Source of the DNA: Clostridia bacterium | GTDB lineage: Bacteria > Bacillota > Clostridia > UMGS1883 | Length of the DNA: 12,397 nt | Direction of reading: 5' to 3' | Assembly: GCA_051866635.1 (NCBI GenBank) | Contig: JBJDXJ010000021.1 | Span: 1 to 12,397 of the forward strand | Shown here: piece by piece, positions 7,499 to 12,397 of the stretch | Numbering within the stretch: the first letter of the stretch is position 1 | How the letters are laid out: each line of letters starts with the position of its first letter | Program-made: the position numbers and the translations under genes | The notes under the pieces: model-generated | The model's database searches: none | What the model was told of the DNA's origin: nothing | What the model saw: only the letters and a program-made list of their open reading frames with translations

Positions 7499-9800
7499 AA
7501 ACACCAGAGCAGAGTCAAGATGTCGCTATCTTGTGCGAGAGGTAGCTCAACAAAAAGGTTGGAACACAAAGCACCCCCAAAGAGGTGGTAATTTTCTAGA
7601 AGAACAGGAAATCGCCGCTTATTTCCCAGATTCAGGATTAGGATTAACAAAGCCTGACTTTTTGGTGTGCCAAAATTATGCACCGATTATTGTTGTGGAA
7701 GCCAAAAATGAAATAAATAAGATTGATGAAGCCATATCTGAAGCCATTGAGTATGCAGAAGCAATAAATGAACACGGAACATATAGAGTTGTTATTGCAA
7801 CAGGCGTTGCTGGAGAAGAGGACAATGGATACATATTCAAAACTGTCTTTTTCAACGGAGAAAGTTGGGTTCCACTACAATCTTATGGTTTTGAACTGAC
7901 AAGTTTTCCAAGTGTCGGTGAAGTTAATATAGCTTTAGAAACACAAAACGGAACTACAGAAGTAACTATTCCACAATTATCTGAATATATCGAAGCTGCA
8001 ATAGATTTGTCATCAATTCTTCGTGCCGCAAAAATCGAGCCATCTTTACGCCCCAAAGTGTTGGGGGCAGTAATTACTGCGTTATATCAAGGCGAAATTG
8101 AACTTGGAAATGGTGAGGAAATTCATTCTATAAACACCTTGGTTAGCCAAGCAATCTCTGAAACAGATCATTTTGAAGAAAACAAGAAAGCTCAGCTAAT
8201 CGAAGCACTAAGATTGCCCGATGCGGATTATGCCCGTTTAGCTCCCAAAATGGGAAGAATAGTATTCATTCTAAAAACATTAAATGTAAAATCTATTTTA
8301 AGAACAGACACAGACTTTCTCGGATTATTGTATGAGGCGTTTATTAGATACGGATATGACAATAATTCATTAGGCATAGTATTCACTCCCAGACATATAA
8401 CTAAATTCTGTGCTGAATTAACTGATGTGACGGCCCGTGATAAAGTAATTGACATAGCGTGTGGGTCTGGTGGATTCTTAGTCGCATCATTTGACAGAAT
8501 GGTTAAGACTTCTCAAGAACTTGGTATTCCGATTTCTGTTGTTAGAGAGTCGCTATATGGTTTTGATACAAATCCTACTGTTTGGGCACTTGCAGCGTTG
8601 AACATGTTCTTTAGAGGCGATGGAAAAAGTCATATAGAAAATGCAAGTTGCTTTGATGATGTTAGCAAAGCCTCGGTACAAGGTAGATTTAAGAAGGCGT
8701 TGCTTAATCCTCCATTTTCACAAGAGGACGAGCCTGAACGAGATTTTATTTCTCAGGCTATGGAAACTTTGGAAACAATAGGATTACTTGCTGTTGTCGT
8801 GAAATCTGGAATATTTGCCGATGATGACAATGCACTATGGAGAGAAAACTTTTTAAGAAGTCATTCAGTCATCGGTATGATTAGCCTTCCAAGTGATTTG
8901 TTTTATCCTACTGCCATTGACACTACAATAATGATTGCTTCCGCTCATAGACCACAGCAAGAAACGGATAAAGTGTTTATGGCTAAAATCTGGAATGATG
9001 GTTTTAAAAAACTTAAAGGCAAAAGGGTTGAAACAGCAGGGTCGCAGCTTGGTGAAGTCATGGAACAGTTTATAAAATTTAAGTCAGGAGAGGAAACTGA
9101 TTCAAATTTGGTAACTGTTATTACTGCGGATAAAATTATGTCTCATGGTGCTGAATTCTGCCCCGAGCAATACTTACCGCAACCTGAATTTCCAGAAGAG
9201 GAGCAAATCAAATACAAAGATGATATTTTGAAATCTATTATGACAACTTCTGTATGTGTGGATGGGATTTCAGACGAAGTTTTGGAAGAATTTCCAATGT
9301 GGAACGATTTACCTGAGTTAGAGTATGGTATCGAAAATACAATAGAGCATTTCTTCCATGTTGAAGGAGGAAAATCAAAAGGAGAAAGCAATTATATAAC
9401 GGGAACCTGTCCGTATGTTTCTTCAGGAGACCCTCAAAACAGCATAATTCGCCTTGTTGGCGATGTTGATGGCGAGGTTTTTTCTGAGGGCGCAATAACA
9501 GTTACATGCTTTGGTAGAGCTGCTGTCCAACCATGGCGTTTTATGGCTAGAGGAAATGGCGGAAGTGCAGTTAGGGTATTGATTCCGAAATATAAAATGA
9601 CATTTTCTGAATTGATTTGGTTTGCTGCTCAAATCAATATGCAACGTTGGAGATTTTTCTATGGTCGAATGGCTATTAAAAGTAGACTTAAATTGTTAAA
9701 GGTATTCTCTCCTCCTGAACCATTAATTGATAGTGATGAAACCATAGCAGAAAAAGTCTTAGAACTTTCAAATAATATAGTTGATATTATGCACAGATGA
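7491..9800 (+). CDS. Single-chain restriction-modification enzyme (Type IIG/IIB, BcgI-like): PD-(D/E)xK nuclease + gamma-class N6-adenine methylase + C-terminal specificity domain
   Basis: 'KPDFL...IIVVEAKN' (PD 7653, EAK 7698); 'LGIVFTPRHIT'; motif I 'DIACGSGGFL' (8451); motif IV 'NPPF' (8706-8717); C-terminal ~150 aa TRD-like ('PYVSSG..NS', 'RWRFFYGR'). ATG 7491 (SD GAGGA 7478-7482) overlaps the upstream stop TAG 7496-7498. Confidence 0.85.
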   Translation: MPRNTRAESRCRYLVREVAQQKGWNTKHPQRGGNFLEEQEIAAYFPDSGLGLTKPDFLVCQNYAPIIVVEAKNEINKIDEAISEAIEYAEAINEHGTYRVVIATGVAGEEDNGYIFKTVFFNGESWVPLQSYGFELTSFPSVGEVNIALETQNGTTEVTIPQLSEYIEAAIDLSSILRAAKIEPSLRPKVLGAVITALYQGEIELGNGEEIHSINTLVSQAISETDHFEENKKAQLIEALRLPDADYARLAPKMGRIVFILKTLNVKSILRTDTDFLGLLYEAFIRYGYDNNSLGIVFTPRHITKFCAELTDVTARDKVIDIACGSGGFLVASFDRMVKTSQELGIPISVVRESLYGFDTNPTVWALAALNMFFRGDGKSHIENASCFDDVSKASVQGRFKKALLNPPFSQEDEPERDFISQAMETLETIGLLAVVVKSGIFADDDNALWRENFLRSHSVIGMISLPSDLFYPTAIDTTIMIASAHRPQQETDKVFMAKIWNDGFKKLKGKRVETAGSQLGEVMEQFIKFKSGEETDSNLVTVITADKIMSHGAEFCPEQYLPQPEFPEEEQIKYKDDILKSIMTTSVCVDGISDEVLEEFPMWNDLPELEYGIENTIEHFFHVEGGKSKGESNYITGTCPYVSSGDPQNSIIRLVGDVDGEVFSEGAITVTCFGRAAVQPWRFMARGNGGSAVRVLIPKYKMTFSELIWFAAQINMQRWRFFYGRMAIKSRLKLLKVFSPPEPLIDSDETIAEKVLELSNNIVDIMHR

Positions 9801-9802
9801 TA

Positions 9803-11021
9803 TTGTATCAATTTTTTGTTATATTCTGACGAGTTCGACCATAGAATAATAATGAGATTGGAAATCTCAATGCTCTCATATCCATTATTTACGCAAAGTA
9901 AATAACAGGGCAAGAATATGAAATGGTCGGAATACAAACTGGTTTAGAATTTGTTTATCCCCTGCCCGAAAGGGCAGGAATAAATAAAATGGCAGGAATT
10001 GTCGAGCCGTCAGAATGTTATCTTCATTTTGGTGGCTTATTTTTGGTGGTGAATATATTGACAATTACTGGAGTACAGAGCTTTTTGAGCAGAACATAAA
10101 AGTAATGAACTATATGCAGCTTGCAGATTGGCTGATTGCTTGCAGAAGCCACATAAAGCGAACTGATTATGATAGCTACTAGAATTATGTATCTGATGTG
10201 GCTTATTTTTGCTCCGAGTGGGAAGATTTCTATACGAAACACGAAGAAGAATACGGAAATAAGAGCGTGTTCCGTTCGGAGAAATTCAAGAAAGCCTTGC
10301 TATATGCACAGGTCAAAAACAATTATCGTATTCGAGCCGACTTTGGAGCAGCAAAGGAAGATTTCATTGTAGATACTATGAGAACTTGCAGAAGTCTATA
10401 TTTTCAGAGCATACGATAAAAGAAATTCAGCAGACATTCGATGTGCTATATGAGTTGATACAAAAGGTTTTTCAAGAGGAGCAGGGATTCAAACAACGTT
10501 TACATGAAGTAGTAAGCACACAGCTATTTAACGATATTGTTGTCTGTGTCAGAGTATTCAATGATAAGGGCAAGCAGATAAAGGCAGCTACCTACAAAGA
10601 AGCTCTCAAGCTTTGCGAACAGAAGAAGAATTATACCGTTGAGGTTGTTCGCAAAAGGAAGAAGGTCGGCTATTATCAATCCTTTAAGGAGTACGATATT
10701 TCTACAACGGTTTATACCGAATACATCTCCCCGAATTACTGCGAACAGGAGTTTAACAAGAAGATATTCATCAATCTGGCGTTTGCGATTTGTCTGAATA
10801 AAACGGATGCAGAGAAATTCCTGAATTTCAACGGCTATTCTATCTCTAACCAAACAAGGCGATTTGATGTCATCTGCGAAAAATCTTTCCGTATCGGTTT
10901 TGGCAGAGAATATACGATTGCTCTTATTGATAAATTCAATGAGGAAATTAAAGCAAGATACCCTGTCTGAAAGTTGATACCGAATATCACAAAGAACAGG
11001 AAAACAAATGCGACAGTGTAG
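9803..11021 (+). pseudogene. Multiply disrupted hypothetical gene with C-terminal helical (HTH-like) domain
   Basis: Coding-like segments join across lesions: frame 9988-10370 is open except TAG 10180-10182; frameshift near 10370 (DFI / CRYYENLQKSIF); TGA 10968-10970 reads on as KLIPNITKNRKTNATV to TAG 11019-11021. The upstream extent (9803-9987) is less certain. Confidence 0.55.
9961..9978. other. GC-rich hairpin with GAAA tetraloop
   Basis: CCTGCCC-GAAA-GGGCAGG, flanked by TTTAT / ATAAA that can extend the stem; no U-tract on either strand. Confidence 0.5.
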
Positions 11022-11036
11022 CAGACACCACACGAG

Positions 11037-11076
11037 GCATGTGGAGACGTGCGTCCTTTTGTCTAAACTGAAATAA
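11037..11076 (+). repeat. att-like core, copy 2: displaced rlmD-type 3' end
   Basis: GCATGTGGA then in frame CAT GTG GAG ACG TGC GTC CTT TTG TCT AAA CTG AAA TAA = HVETCVLLSKLK*, preceded by HTR; a typical RlmD C-terminus outside any gene. Confidence 0.78.
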
Positions 11077-11243
11077 AGTAAGTCAGTTTCCATTGAATTA
11101 GACCTTGATACCTTGAAATCTTTGGTTATTAACCTAAGTAAGCTCTCTGTCTGTTTATAACGGTCACAAACGCATTTAAAACGACCTGTATCGCATTTAA
11201 ATTTATTTAGTAAATTTGGACGCTATCAAATTTTGAAAGTGTA

Positions 11244-11272
11244 TTGACAAAACAAATAAAAGTGAATATAAT
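11244..11272 (+). promoter_or_regulatory. Consensus sigma-A promoter of the TA operon
   Basis: TTGACA-17 nt-TATAAT, perfect consensus; SD AGGAG at 11296-11300. Confidence 0.88.
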
Positions 11273-11274
11273 AA

Positions 11275-11294
11275 ATATAGGATATATCCTATAT
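11275..11294. promoter_or_regulatory. Putative antitoxin operator
   Basis: Perfect 20-bp palindrome ATATAGGATA|TATCCTATAT covering the expected +1. Confidence 0.75.
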
Positions 11295-11308
11295 CAGGAG
11301 TTTTACAA

Positions 11309-11662
11309 ATGGAAAATTTTACGATCGACTTTTTTGAATTTGAAAATGGCGATTGTCCTGTTCGTGAGTATTTAGACAGCACTGACGTGAAGATGCGAGC
11401 AAAAATCTTGTGGACAATCGGATTATTGGAAACAAATGGAAACACACTTAGTATGCCATATTCAGAACCATTAACTGATGGTATCTTTGAACTACGAATA
11501 AAACAAGGCAGTGATATTTCAAGGATATTATATTTTTTCTGTATCGGAAAAAGAATAATATTAACGCACGGTTTCACAAAGAAGACTAATAAAGTGCCTA
11601 AAAGTGAAATTGAAACAGCCAAAAAATACAGAGAAATATATCGCAGGCAGAAAGGAGAATGA
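11309..11662 (+). CDS. Type II TA toxin, RelE/ParE superfamily (HigB/Gp49-like)
   Basis: 'G.CPV.EYL', 'PYSEPLTDGIFELRIK', 'RILYFF', 'IILTHGFTKKTNKVPKSEIETAKKYR' are characteristic of Gp49/HigB-like RelE toxins; toxin-first gene order. Confidence 0.9.
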   Translation: MENFTIDFFEFENGDCPVREYLDSTDVKMRAKILWTIGLLETNGNTLSMPYSEPLTDGIFELRIKQGSDISRILYFFCIGKRIILTHGFTKKTNKVPKSEIETAKKYREIYRRQKGE

Positions 11663-11664
11663 TT

Positions 11665-11952
11665 ATGTCTGATTTTAGAAATTATTTAAATGAACAATTA
11701 AAAAACGATGAATTCAAGGCAGAATATGAAAAACTTGAACCTGAGTTTTCAATCATTCAAGCTGTAATTGATGCAAGAAAGTCAACCAATATCACCCAAA
11801 AGGAATTAGCTGAAAGAACCGGCATAGCACAGTCTGATATTTCAAAGCTGGAAAACGGCAACTCAAACCCTACTCTTGGTATGTTGAAAAGACTGGCTGA
11901 TGGTATGGGAATGACAGTCAAATTGCAATTTGTACCAAAAGCACAGAGATAA
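11665..11952 (+). CDS. XRE-family HTH antitoxin (HigA-like)
   Basis: 'ARKSTNITQKELAERTGIAQSDISKLENGNSNPTLGMLKRLA' is an HTH_3 domain. SD AGGAG 11653-11657 favours ATG 11665; alternative ATG 11659 overlaps the toxin stop (ATGA). Confidence 0.9.
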   Translation: MSDFRNYLNEQLKNDEFKAEYEKLEPEFSIIQAVIDARKSTNITQKELAERTGIAQSDISKLENGNSNPTLGMLKRLADGMGMTVKLQFVPKAQR

Positions 11953-11966
11953 ACAAAATATCATTT

Positions 11967-12000
11967 TAACCGTGAGATTAAGTCTTACGGTTATTTTTTT
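11967..12000 (+). terminator. Intrinsic terminator of the TA operon
   Basis: Stem TAACCGTGAGAT / GTCTTACGGTTA (two G-U pairs) followed by a run of 7 T. Confidence 0.8.
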
Positions 12001-12085
12001 ACACCCTGCCCAAATTTAATGAAAATTTTCAATTTCGTTGACTGAAATAAAAATTTGTGATAGAGTAAAATAAAAGTTTGTACAC

Positions 12086-12314
12086 ATGATTATAGTATGG
12101 GAACAATGTGTCGATATTGAGACAAAAGAGTTGATTCGTTTCTTGGTTGAAAAGGTAGAAATATATGCTGAATCTCTTGAAAATGGTCGTATTTTAAAAA
12201 GCGTAAAACTGCATTTTCACTTGCTTTATAACGGTTTAGAGTGTGACCTTTGGTTTGGACAAAGATGGTCATGTGGAACTCGATATGCCATTACTCGATA
12301 TGTTGTCTGACTGA
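12086..12314 (+). pseudogene. C-terminal stub of a large serine recombinase reading into an att-like core
   Basis: 'KELIRFLVEKVEIYAESLENGRILKSVKLHFHLLYNG' resembles C-termini of rlmD-associated serine recombinases; after a frameshift near 12250 it continues GLDKDGHVE (CATGTGGAA 12270-12278). No catalytic N-terminus. Confidence 0.6.
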
Positions 12315-12341
12315 AGCGAGATTTGACAAGGAGGTAGCAAA

Positions 12342-12397
12342 ATGACAATTAAGTTATTTTGGAATGCAATAATAAAATTTATGCTTGGGATTATTTT
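12342..12397 (+). CDS. 5' fragment of a probable membrane protein (possibly isoprenylcysteine carboxylmethyltransferase family)
   Basis: Strong SD AAGGAGGT 12328-12335, ATG 12342, hydrophobic MTIKLFWNAIIKFMLGII; runs off the window. The family guess rests on 18 aa only. Confidence 0.4.
   Translation, partial: MTIKLFWNAIIKFMLGII

Larger units (their letters stand above)
5475..11045. mobile_element. Decayed integrative element / defence island inserted in the rlmD 3' end
   Basis: Bounded by the 9-bp direct repeat GCATGTGGA, with the right copy continuing as an rlmD-like tail (HVETCVLLSKLK*). Contains a serine-recombinase stub, HEPN and R-M cargo and a pseudogene. Confidence 0.72.
11037..12278. 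mobile_element. Second, strongly reduced integrative element remnant (TA pair + recombinase stub)
   Basis: Lies between att-like copies at 11037 and 12270; carries a type II TA pair and a recombinase C-terminal stub running into the core. Confidence 0.5.

Noticed and set aside
7491-9800. Type I HsdM or Type ISP assignment
   Set aside because: No hsdR/hsdS neighbours and no helicase motifs; an N-terminal PD-ExK nuclease is fused to the MTase.
10524-11093. 189-aa minus-strand ORF
   Set aside because: Antisense to the pseudogene, crosses the att copy and has no recognisable motif.
11203-11622. 139-aa minus-strand ORF
   Set aside because: Antisense shadow of the RelE toxin and its promoter.
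12038-12066. Possible promoter TTGACT-17-TAGAGT before the recombinase stub
   Set aside because: Weak -10 and no SD before ATG 12086; not enough support to call.

Overview
Low-GC Firmicute (Clostridia-like) chromosomal region. The left part (1-5520) is housekeeping: a 5'-truncated CE4 polysaccharide deacetylase, an alanine/glycine:cation symporter (minus strand), a GH13 neopullulanase/amylopullulanase-like enzyme and the 23S rRNA m5U methyltransferase rlmD. The rlmD 3' end is an integration hotspot: its core sequence (G)CATGTGGA(A), coding 'HVE', recurs at 11037 and 12270, which suggests two tandem, decayed islands. Island 1 (~5475-11045) holds a start-less C-terminal stub of a large serine recombinase, an intact two-gene operon under a near-consensus promoter (HEPN-motif protein overlapping a fused BcgI-like restriction-methylase-specificity protein) and a multi-hit pseudogene. 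Island 2 (~11037-12278) holds a RelE/HigB-XRE toxin-antitoxin pair with a perfect 20-bp operator palindrome and a second, different recombinase stub. The best candidate for an undescribed system is the HEPN + single-chain R-M operon. All family calls come from motif recognition by eye; no searches were run.
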